NCBI GenBank assembly: GCA_011077955.1
Contig: JAALBX010000003.1
Location: forward strand, 385,230-409,229
Direction: 5' to 3'
Source of the DNA: Citrobacter freundii
GTDB lineage: Bacteria; Pseudomonadota; Gammaproteobacteria; Enterobacterales; Enterobacteriaceae
DNA: 24,000 nucleotides
Within the stretch, counting starts at the first letter, position 1, and each line of letters begins with the position of its first letter. This document shows, in pieces, positions 9,821-17,729 of the stretch. The position numbers and the translations under genes were made by a program. A model generated the notes under the pieces. The model made no database searches and was not told the origin of the DNA. It worked only from the letters and a program-made list of their open reading frames with translations.

Positions 9821-10555
9821 TTAAGCATGGCGCTGATTATCAATGGTTAAGGTAATCCGATTGGCGCGGCAAAATAACTCAGAATAGTGCACGGGTTTCG
9901 CATTCTGATCGAAGGCAATTTTGCTGATGCGAAACAGTGGCTCACCCAATTCGCACTTTAATCTTTGCGCTTCGGCTTTGGTGGCCATAAAAATATCTAT
10001 CGTCTTTTTATCACTTACCACGCGGGTGTCGTATTTTTCCTGAAACAGCTTATAGGTTGATGCCCCGGCGGTATAAATTTCGTCAAACGCGGGATAGCGG
10101 GAAAGCGGGATCCAGGAGCTGTCGATAAACAGCGGTTCGTCGTCCAGATACATCACCCGCATCAGGCGAAAAATTTCGCTGCCGCCGGGTATATTCAGTC
10201 TTTCACAAAACGGATCGGCGCTGGTGCGCTCCTGTTCAATCACCTCTTCCCGGGTTGGCTTGCCCTGTGAAACGCCGAAGTCGGTGAATCCGCTTACTGT
10301 CAGCAGCGCGTTCTCAACTTTCTTGCTCTGTACGAAAGTGCCTTTTCCCTGCCAGCGTTGCAGTACGCCGTCGTTAACCAGATCGCTAATCGCTTTGCGA
10401 ATAGTGATACGGCTGACGTTATAGAGCGTGCATAACTCGCTTTCTGTCGGGATTTGTTGTCCCGCCCGGTAAACCCCCTGCGCGATATCATCAAGCAGGC
10501 GTTGTCGCACGGTGGCGTAAAGCAGTTGATGTGAGTAACGCTCCGTAGCTGGCAT
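9821..10555 (-). CDS. frlR: GntR/HutC-family repressor of the fructoselysine operon
   Basis: Frame of track ORF 9821..10678. ATG at 10555 gives MPATERYSHQLLYATVRQRLLDDIAQGVY..., 244 aa, collinear with E. coli FrlR (MSATDRYSHQLLYATVRQRLLDDIAQGVY...). It has an N-terminal winged HTH (YNVSRITIRKAISDLV) and a UTRA-type C-terminus. Confidence 0.93.
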   Translation of the reverse strand: MPATERYSHQLLYATVRQRLLDDIAQGVYRAGQQIPTESELCTLYNVSRITIRKAISDLVNDGVLQRWQGKGTFVQSKKVENALLTVSGFTDFGVSQGKPTREEVIEQERTSADPFCERLNIPGGSEIFRLMRVMYLDDEPLFIDSSWIPLSRYPAFDEIYTAGASTYKLFQEKYDTRVVSDKKTIDIFMATKAEAQRLKCELGEPLFRISKIAFDQNAKPVHYSELFCRANRITLTIDNQRHA

Positions 10556-10617
10556 GAATCGACCCTGAAGTTGTAAACGATGTGGGTTGATTATATGAGC
10601 GTTTTGGCATGAGTAAC

Positions 10618-10651
10618 AGGCGTTGGCGTGCGGATTGTCACACCAACGCCT
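10618..10651 (-). other. Stem-loop immediately after the frlD stop (frlD-frlR spacer)
   Basis: AGGCGTTGG (10618-10626) pairs with CCAACGCCT (10643-10651), a perfect 9-bp stem with a 16-nt loop. No U-tract follows on the transcribed (minus) strand. Confidence 0.4.
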
Positions 10652-10655
10652 ACCC

Positions 10656-11441
10656 TCACCAGGCGCCATGATAGCCAATAGTACGCGCGGCGCACTCGGT
10701 GCCCTGTTTCATTGCGCCTTCAAGCGCTAAGCCGTTGGCGATGGCGCACAGAAATCCGGCAATATACGAATCTCCGGCGCCCATGGTATCGACAACGTCA
10801 ACGTGCTCAGGCGGCATCCGCCAGAACTGCTCGCCGTCCCAGGCCAGGCTTCCGTTTTCGCCAAGCGTAGCGATGGCAACGCCCGCGCCGCATTGCACCA
10901 CGGTTTGCAGACGATCCCGAAGCCATGGATTTTCTTCGTTCGCCGAGGCGAAGACGTAATCCAGATGTTCCGGTAACGTGCGCCATAACGGGCTTTCCCA
11001 TTTGTCGGCGAAATCAAACGACAGGATTTTACCGGCCGCCTTTAATGCCGGAAACGCAGACTCCGCGTGGCCCCAAATGGCGGAATGGATAATGTCGTAC
11101 TGGTTAAGCCACGCCAGATCCTGCTCATCGACGGTAAAATCCGCCATTACACCTTCGGTATAATCGCCGAGGATCCGGTCGTTATTACGCAGCTCAACCT
11201 GCGTTTGCGCCGTCACGCCGGGCATCACCCGCAGGTGAGAGATATCCACGCCTTTGTATGCCAGATCGCGTCGCAGCATCGCACCGTAATCATCTTCCCC
11301 TACCCAACTGACGCAGGCCGGGTGCATACCGTAACGCGTGCTGTAGACCGCCACGTTAACCGCATTACCGCCGGAAAATGCTTTGCCTAACTGCGGGTAG
11401 ATATCGACGCAGTTATCGCCAACCGTTGCCAGCCGTTTCAT
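10656..11441 (-). CDS. frlD: Fructoselysine 6-kinase (PfkB/ribokinase family)
   Basis: 261 aa starting [33 protein letters not shown], with the PfkB motif DTMGAGDS. It has the same length as, and is collinear with, E. coli FrlD. Its start overlaps the frlC stop (ATGA). Confidence 0.93.
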   Translation of the reverse strand: MKRLATVGDNCVDIYPQLGKAFSGGNAVNVAVYSTRYGMHPACVSWVGEDDYGAMLRRDLAYKGVDISHLRVMPGVTAQTQVELRNNDRILGDYTEGVMADFTVDEQDLAWLNQYDIIHSAIWGHAESAFPALKAAGKILSFDFADKWESPLWRTLPEHLDYVFASANEENPWLRDRLQTVVQCGAGVAIATLGENGSLAWDGEQFWRMPPEHVDVVDTMGAGDSYIAGFLCAIANGLALEGAMKQGTECAARTIGYHGAW

Positions 11442-12268
11442 TGCGCCTCCTGCGGCAGCAGGTCGCGAAAGCGCGCCAGCGCCTGGCGGGCGTAGAGCCG
11501 CGGTTCGTTCATATACATTGTTACCAGTTCAATCGTGCAGTAACCGTTATAACCGCTGTCGATAACATCAAGCAGTAATTCACGCAGCGGCATTTTGCCG
11601 TCACCGGGGATGTAATGGCTGTCGCTGGCACCGTCGCTGTCCACAATATGCAAATGGCGCAGCTTATCGCCGAGCTTGTCGAAATAGCTCATCACCGGCT
11701 CGCCCTGGACAAATGGGGCACAGATATCAATCATGCTAAACAGGCGTGGCGAAGGCACCAGCGCCAGCGCGCGCAGTACATCGTTCGCATTGCACACAAC
11801 ATTCGATTCATAAGGCGTGAGCGGCTCCAGCAGCAGATCCATACCGATATTTTCGGCGTGATCGCACAGCTCGCGCAGATTATCCGCCAGCCGCTGCCAG
11901 ATGGCGTCAGGCGTGGCGAGATAGCCTGCGTGGGCGGCGGAAATCAGCGTGAACCCGGCATTCATCTCTTTCGCCATATCCATGCCGAGCTTAATCATGT
12001 CGAGGCTTTCGCGGCGCATCCGCTCATCACCCATCATCATATTGAAGGGATAACCGTTGGTTTCAGGCGTATAGCCGATAATCGGCATTTGATACACCCG
12101 CGCCAGTTCTTTGACCTGTTTAATGCCGCCGGCGTTGAGATCCGGCGCATAAGCGTGAGGTCGACCGCCCCACAGTTCGAGCCCGTCATACCCTAACTCA
12201 TGCGCGTCGCGAAACGCGTGCTCCAGCGGTAAACGCTGATGGCCGCAGGTAAACATACCCGTTTTCAT
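11438..12268 (-). CDS. frlC: Fructoselysine 3-epimerase (xylose-isomerase-like TIM barrel)
   Basis: 276 aa, the same length as E. coli FrlC. Its position between frlB and frlD supports the call. An AAGGAG Shine-Dalgarno lies upstream. Confidence 0.9.
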   Translation of the reverse strand: MKTGMFTCGHQRLPLEHAFRDAHELGYDGLELWGGRPHAYAPDLNAGGIKQVKELARVYQMPIIGYTPETNGYPFNMMMGDERMRRESLDMIKLGMDMAKEMNAGFTLISAAHAGYLATPDAIWQRLADNLRELCDHAENIGMDLLLEPLTPYESNVVCNANDVLRALALVPSPRLFSMIDICAPFVQGEPVMSYFDKLGDKLRHLHIVDSDGASDSHYIPGDGKMPLRELLLDVIDSGYNGYCTIELVTMYMNEPRLYARQALARFRDLLPQEAQ

Positions 12269-12289
12269 GTGTCTGCTCCTTGCTGTGAT

Positions 12290-12309
12290 GCCCGGCCAAC
12301 GGGCCGGGC
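12290..12309 (-). other. GC-rich stem-loop in the frlB-frlC spacer
   Basis: GCCCGGCC (12290-12297) pairs with GGCCGGGC (12302-12309), an 8-bp all-GC stem with a 4-nt loop. On the transcribed strand it lies between the frlB stop (12317) and the frlC Shine-Dalgarno/ATG (12268). There is no U-tract. Confidence 0.5.
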
Positions 12310-12316
12310 GAGGGAA

Positions 12317-13339
12317 TTAATACTCAACGATGCCGCCGTAATAGCGACGGTCGTCCGGATTGTGATCTTTGTAGATGGAAAGGTAGTAGCAGAGCCATTC
12401 CATCGGTACGAACATCAGGAACGGCGCGAGCCACGGATGCATTCCCTGGGATATTTCGGCGTAGTCGATCACAATGACGTTATCGGTACGTTCGCGCACG
12501 AAACGGATGGCGCGCTCCGTGGTGTGACGGCTTTCGTCATTGCCGAGAAGGAACAGGAACGGCACGCCCGGCTCAACAATTTCCAGCGGGCCGTGACGGA
12601 ATTCGCCGCTTTCAATCACTGAACCGTGGGTCCAGGTAAATTCCATCAGCGTGACGATACCTTCTTTGTAACCCAGCGGGCGTAAAGGACCGGCGGAAAC
12701 GGTATAAATCATCGGCCACTGAGAGGCTTGTTCACCGAGCTGACGCCCTTTGTCTTCCCAGGTGCGTACCAGATGGCCAAGCGCCTGCGGCAGTTTACGC
12801 AGATCGTTTTTGATTTTGCCGATCTCGGCATGCGGCGCGAGACGGGTTATCATCTCCAGCACAACGCTGTAGCACAGCAGCAAATGAATCTCCCAGATAC
12901 AGTCGGCTTCATACGCCACCACATGTTCTGCCGCCTGGGTGATAGGGCTATCCGGACGTTTGGTAAAGGCCGCCGTTAGCGCGCCGCATGCCGCACCCAA
13001 CTCCAGCGCCTTTATCACTTCTTCGGTCTTACCATAATCAGAAACGCCAATTACAGCGCAGCGCGAATCCAGGCGGTGCGGGGTGTTATCGCAGAACTCC
13101 CAACCAGAAAGCGCATAAACCTGCAAACTGGAGAAACGATCCGCCAGATGTTTTGCGGTTTGCGCCGCATTTAACGGGGAGCCGCAGGCGACAAAGTAAA
13201 TACGATCCACGCCGCGCGCTATCATTTCACCGACGATGGCGTGCACGCGCGGAACGTCTTTCTCCAGAACTTTCTCCACTTCCTTGACCATGTTTTCGGT
13301 TACCAGGAAATCCACCGTGCTTTTATCAATATTTAACAT
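12317..13339 (-). CDS. frlB: Fructoselysine-6-phosphate deglycase (SIS domains)
   Basis: 340 aa, the same length as E. coli FrlB. It has a tandem SIS-domain pattern (VDRIYFVACGSPLNA...), and its position in the operon fits. Confidence 0.92.
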   Translation of the reverse strand: MLNIDKSTVDFLVTENMVKEVEKVLEKDVPRVHAIVGEMIARGVDRIYFVACGSPLNAAQTAKHLADRFSSLQVYALSGWEFCDNTPHRLDSRCAVIGVSDYGKTEEVIKALELGAACGALTAAFTKRPDSPITQAAEHVVAYEADCIWEIHLLLCYSVVLEMITRLAPHAEIGKIKNDLRKLPQALGHLVRTWEDKGRQLGEQASQWPMIYTVSAGPLRPLGYKEGIVTLMEFTWTHGSVIESGEFRHGPLEIVEPGVPFLFLLGNDESRHTTERAIRFVRERTDNVIVIDYAEISQGMHPWLAPFLMFVPMEWLCYYLSIYKDHNPDDRRYYGGIVEY

Positions 13340-13360
13340 GCAACTACTCTCCAGACAGGG

Positions 13361-14710
<1,350 letters not shown>

Positions 14711-14810
14711 TTAATTATCAAATGGAGTTGTAGGGTTCAGTGCGTCTGAATGAAGGCAGCAGATTGCCGCACGATTCTGAAGGGGGATCGAGAGAAATCA
14801 TTTTGCTGTT

Positions 14811-14836
14811 TTCATTATGAGATGACGCATAATGAA
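14811..14836. promoter_or_regulatory. 9-bp perfect inverted repeat upstream of frlA (candidate FrlR operator)
   Basis: TTCATTATG (14811-14819), an 8-nt spacer, then CATAATGAA (14828-14836). On the minus strand it abuts and overlaps a TATATT -10 candidate (14840-14835). Confidence 0.3.
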
Positions 14837-14862
14837 TATAACAACATATGATGAATTGTATT

Positions 14863-14878
14863 GGCGAGATAGATCACA
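14863..14878. promoter_or_regulatory. CRP-like site upstream of frlA
   Basis: GGCGAgatagaTCACA: the right half-site is perfect and the left matches 3 of 5 positions of TGTGA. Its centre is about 42 bp upstream of the transcription start implied by the TATATT -10 candidate, which is class II spacing. Confidence 0.4.
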
Positions 14879-14996
14879 AAAACGCCAAACGTGTGCGTAA
14901 GGTGGCGATATCTATGATTAATTTATTGAATTTAAAGGAATAAAAATTTTAAGTCGGTGAGGCTGCTTCAAAAGCGAGGAATGACGATGAGGCGCA

Positions 14997-15015
14997 GGCA
15001 GGCCAGCGGCCTGCC
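14997..15015 (-). terminator. Hairpin just after the cysG stop (weak terminator candidate)
   Basis: GGCAGGCC-AGC-GGCCTGCC is an 8-bp GC-rich stem starting 9 nt beyond the cysG TAA. On the minus strand only a short T-run (CGCTTTTG) follows, about 20 nt further on. Confidence 0.35.
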
Positions 15016-15023
15016 CGACATAG

Positions 15024-16388
15024 TTAGAACCAGCGGAGTTTATCGCGCAGCGCGACAACGTGACCGACAAAAATCAGGCTGGGGCTTTGCACCTGTTCGG
15101 CGAGCGCGCCAAGATTTGCAAGCGTACCGTCGACAACCCGCTGTTTAACGCTGGTGCCGTTTTCCACCAGGGCGACCGGCATTGTCTCATCCATACCATG
15201 TTCCAACAGTTTTTGCTGGATGGTCGCGGCCTGGTTGAGACCCATGTAAAACACCAGGGTTTGTTTCTCCGCCGCCAGGTTATGCCAGTCAAGCTCACCG
15301 CCGGTTTTGAGATGACCGGTGATTAGCCGTACGCTTTGGGCGTAATCGCGATGGGTCAGCGGAATACCTGCGTAGGCGGAACAGCCGGAGGCGGCCGTAA
15401 TACCGGGAACGACCGAGAAGGGAATACCGGCCCCACACAGCGTTTCCAGTTCTTCGCCGCCACGTCCGAAAATAAACGGATCGCCGCCTTTAAGGCGCAC
15501 CACGCGTTTACCGCGTTGCGCTTCACGAAGCAGGATCTGATTAATTTCTTCCTGAGGTACGCAGTGATAACCGGCGCGCTTACCGACAAACACCCGGTCG
15601 GCGTCGCGGCGCACCAGATTCATAATCTCGTCGGACACCAGGCGGTCATACACCACAATATCCGCCTGCTGAATTTGTTGCAGCCCTTTGAGGGTAAGCA
15701 GACCCGGATCGCCAGGTCCCGCGCCCACCAGCACCACTTCACCACGATTATCCAGCGGTTCGGTGAATAACGTTTCGGTGATGGCGGCGACGTTTGGCGC
15801 ATCCTGATTAGCCAGTGATTGAGCCAGCCGATCGTTCACAAACAGTTTTTCCCAGAAACGACGGCGTTCGCTCATGCTGCTGAAGGTGTCCTTCACGCGG
15901 CGACGCAGTTTACCGGCGTAGTGGGCGATTTGCCCCAGATGCTGAGGCAACAGAGATTCGAGTTTTTCACGCAGTAAACGCGCAAGGACAGGCGAGGTGC
16001 CGCCGGAAGAAACCGCCACCATCAACGGAGAGCGGTCGATAATCGATGGCATGATAAAGCTTGCCTGCTGCGGCGCATCCACCACATTACAGAAGATTCG
16101 GCGCGCTTCAGCGGCGGCGCTGACGCGTTCGTTAACCGCGTCGTCGTTGGTGGCGGCGATCACCAGCCAGCAGTCGTCCATCAGACTGGCGTCAAACGGA
16201 CCGGTAACGAGGGTTAATTCCCCCTCGTCTTGCCAGGCCTGAAACTGCGGGGTAAACGCCAGCGCATTCACCGTCACCCTGGCACCTGCCTCCATCAGCA
16301 GGCGCGCTTTGCGTTCTGCTACGTCTCCGCCGCCGACTAATAAGCAGGGGCGCTGTTTTAACTGACAAAATATGGGCAGGTGATCCAC
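15024..16388 (-). CDS. cysG: Siroheme synthase (uroporphyrinogen-III methyltransferase / precorrin-2 dehydrogenase / ferrochelatase)
   Basis: Frame of track ORF 15024..16529. GTG at 16388 gives (M)[30 protein letters not shown], matching the E. coli/Salmonella CysG N-terminus ([10 protein letters not shown]...). AAGAGG lies 7 nt upstream. The product is 454 aa, with the SUMT motif [15 protein letters not shown]. The start lies 11 nt after the nirC stop. Confidence 0.94.
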   Translation of the reverse strand: MDHLPIFCQLKQRPCLLVGGGDVAERKARLLMEAGARVTVNALAFTPQFQAWQDEGELTLVTGPFDASLMDDCWLVIAATNDDAVNERVSAAAEARRIFCNVVDAPQQASFIMPSIIDRSPLMVAVSSGGTSPVLARLLREKLESLLPQHLGQIAHYAGKLRRRVKDTFSSMSERRRFWEKLFVNDRLAQSLANQDAPNVAAITETLFTEPLDNRGEVVLVGAGPGDPGLLTLKGLQQIQQADIVVYDRLVSDEIMNLVRRDADRVFVGKRAGYHCVPQEEINQILLREAQRGKRVVRLKGGDPFIFGRGGEELETLCGAGIPFSVVPGITAASGCSAYAGIPLTHRDYAQSVRLITGHLKTGGELDWHNLAAEKQTLVFYMGLNQAATIQQKLLEHGMDETMPVALVENGTSVKQRVVDGTLANLGALAEQVQSPSLIFVGHVVALRDKLRWF

Positions 16389-16399
16389 GACATGACCTC

Positions 16400-17209
16400 T
16401 TAGTGGCTGGCTTTCGCCGCAACGGTTGCGATGTTTGCGGGAGTCGGACGCTCCGCTTTTGGCGTAGCATACCAGTAACCTAACCCCATAAACACCATGC
16501 CGGAGAAGGTATTGCCGAGCGTTACCCACAACAGGTTATGACCAATGCCGGAAAGCGTGTACGCCTCGCTGTGATGGCCGAACCAGGAGAGGGCGAACAG
16601 CGTCATGTTGGCGATGGAGTGTTCGTAGCCAGAAGCGATAAACGCCAGCAGACACCACCAGATAGCCAGGAATTTCGCCGCGCCTTCGGTACGGATTGCC
16701 ATCCAAATAGCGAGACAAACCAGCCAGTTACACAGCGCGCCTTTAAAGAACAACACCATCGCAGGCGCGGATGTCTTCGCCAGCGCCACGGTGTGCACCA
16801 GACTGGTATCGACCGGCAGCAGACTACCGCCGCCCCAGCTATACAGCAACGCCACGAACACGGAACCCACCAGGTTGCCGAGCCAGGTTTGCGGCAGAAT
16901 AGCCCACATCTGACCGTGGCTGATGGTGCCTGCTTTCACGCCCAGGGTCAGGAACATGGTATGACCGGTAAACAGTTCGGAGCCTGCGATGATGACAAGC
17001 GTTAACGCGATGCCGAAAGTGGCGCCCATCACCAGCGGACGTACCGACGGATCGAGCAGATTACCGAGCGTGAAAATCAAAATAATCCCAAGACCGACAT
17101 AAGCGCCCGCCATGGCGGAGCTTATCCAAAATCCTAATGGGTTATCGGAAGAGAGACGGGCAATACGTGCGGCATTCGCCGCGCATTTATTAATCGTGTC
17201 TGTAAACAT
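16400..17209 (-). CDS. nirC: Nitrite transporter (formate/nitrite transporter family)
   Basis: 269 aa starting [20 protein letters not shown]... It is collinear with, and highly similar to, E. coli NirC. Confidence 0.96.
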   Translation of the reverse strand: MFTDTINKCAANAARIARLSSDNPLGFWISSAMAGAYVGLGIILIFTLGNLLDPSVRPLVMGATFGIALTLVIIAGSELFTGHTMFLTLGVKAGTISHGQMWAILPQTWLGNLVGSVFVALLYSWGGGSLLPVDTSLVHTVALAKTSAPAMVLFFKGALCNWLVCLAIWMAIRTEGAAKFLAIWWCLLAFIASGYEHSIANMTLFALSWFGHHSEAYTLSGIGHNLLWVTLGNTFSGMVFMGLGYWYATPKAERPTPANIATVAAKASH

Positions 17210-17358
17210 GGTTGTTATCCTAATAGATTGAAAAATTTAAAATTAACTGCGCTGGTATTCGCGGCCGGAATGGTTTCCGGTCTGTTTTTATCGCGATACG
17301 TGACGCAAAACGTCCACCGTATACCGCACCGCTTTGCGATTAACGCGGCCGTGGACGG

Positions 17359-17395
17359 AAAAAATTTACAAGAAGGGCGAGGAGGAACCTCGCCC
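17359..17395 (-). terminator. Intrinsic-terminator-like hairpin directly after nirD, inside the nirBDC-cysG operon
   Basis: The minus strand reads GGGCGAGG-ttcct-CCTCGCCC (17395-17375) followed by TTCTTGTAAATTTTTT (17374-17359). The stem begins 8 nt after the nirD stop. Confidence 0.5.
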
Positions 17396-17402
17396 TGGGG
17401 CA

Positions 17403-17729
17403 TTACGATTTCAACTGCACCTGCCCGTCTTTAACGCGGGCTTCATAGTGGGCAACGGAGTGACTTTCGTCCTCCATGCACAACCCATCGCGCAGGCGGA
17501 AGCGCTGTTTCTTGAGCGGGCTTGCCACCCACAACTCACCCTGATGTTCGACGATAAGCCCGCGCGACAGTACGCTTGCCTCGAAGAACGGGTCGATATT
17601 GCTGATGGCATAAACGTCATCAGACTCATAAGGCCGAAATACCGCGACTTGCTTATCGTTTAGCAGGGCGCAGACGCCGGTTGCGGGCAGGATCTTGTCG
17701 ATCGGGCAGATGTTAATCCACTGGCTCAT
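17403..17729 (-). CDS. nirD: Nitrite reductase [NAD(P)H] small subunit (Rieske-like)
   Basis: 108 aa, MSQWINICPIDKILPATGVCALL...LKKQRFRLRDGLCMEDE...HYEARVKDG.VQL. It is collinear with E. coli NirD, and its start overlaps the nirB stop (ATGA). Confidence 0.96.
   Translation of the reverse strand: MSQWINICPIDKILPATGVCALLNDKQVAVFRPYESDDVYAISNIDPFFEASVLSRGLIVEHQGELWVASPLKKQRFRLRDGLCMEDESHSVAHYEARVKDGQVQLKS

Noticed and set aside
9744-9824. A 26-aa plus-strand ORF (MTLYVNVRNRTCSIRKRTKSLLTPVN) between yhfL and frlR, with an AGGG 5 nt upstream.
   Set aside because: It is very short, has no conserved features I recognise, and overlaps the candidate yhfL promoter and the frlR stop on the other strand. 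I cannot distinguish it from chance.
14866-14878. The 13-nt string GAGATAGATCACA is identical upstream of frlA (14866-14878) and in the tsgA-ppiA intergenic region (23134-23146). I considered whether it marks a repeat element.
   Set aside because: About four or more exact 13-mer coincidences are expected by chance in 24 kb. The flanks do not match. The shared part is simply a CRP half-site plus spacer, so I treat these as two independent CRP-type sites rather than a repeat family.
14957-15148. A 63-aa plus-strand ORF spanning the cysG terminator hairpin and the cysG 3' end, together with small ORFs in the frlA leader such as the 33-aa ORF starting at 14750.
   Set aside because: None has a Shine-Dalgarno sequence. 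They are Arg-rich or random in composition and lie antisense to cysG or within the AT-rich promoter region.
16389-16529. A 47-codon upstream extension of cysG that would overlap the nirC 3' end. Analogous extensions occur for frlR (10556..10678), rpe (6854..6988), aroB (3573..3584), damX (4750..4761), hofO/P/Q and the codA-like gene (20469..20510).
   Set aside because: The orthologue N-termini I recall line up with the internal starts. Those starts have Shine-Dalgarno sequences at proper spacing. The extensions run through upstream genes or promoters.
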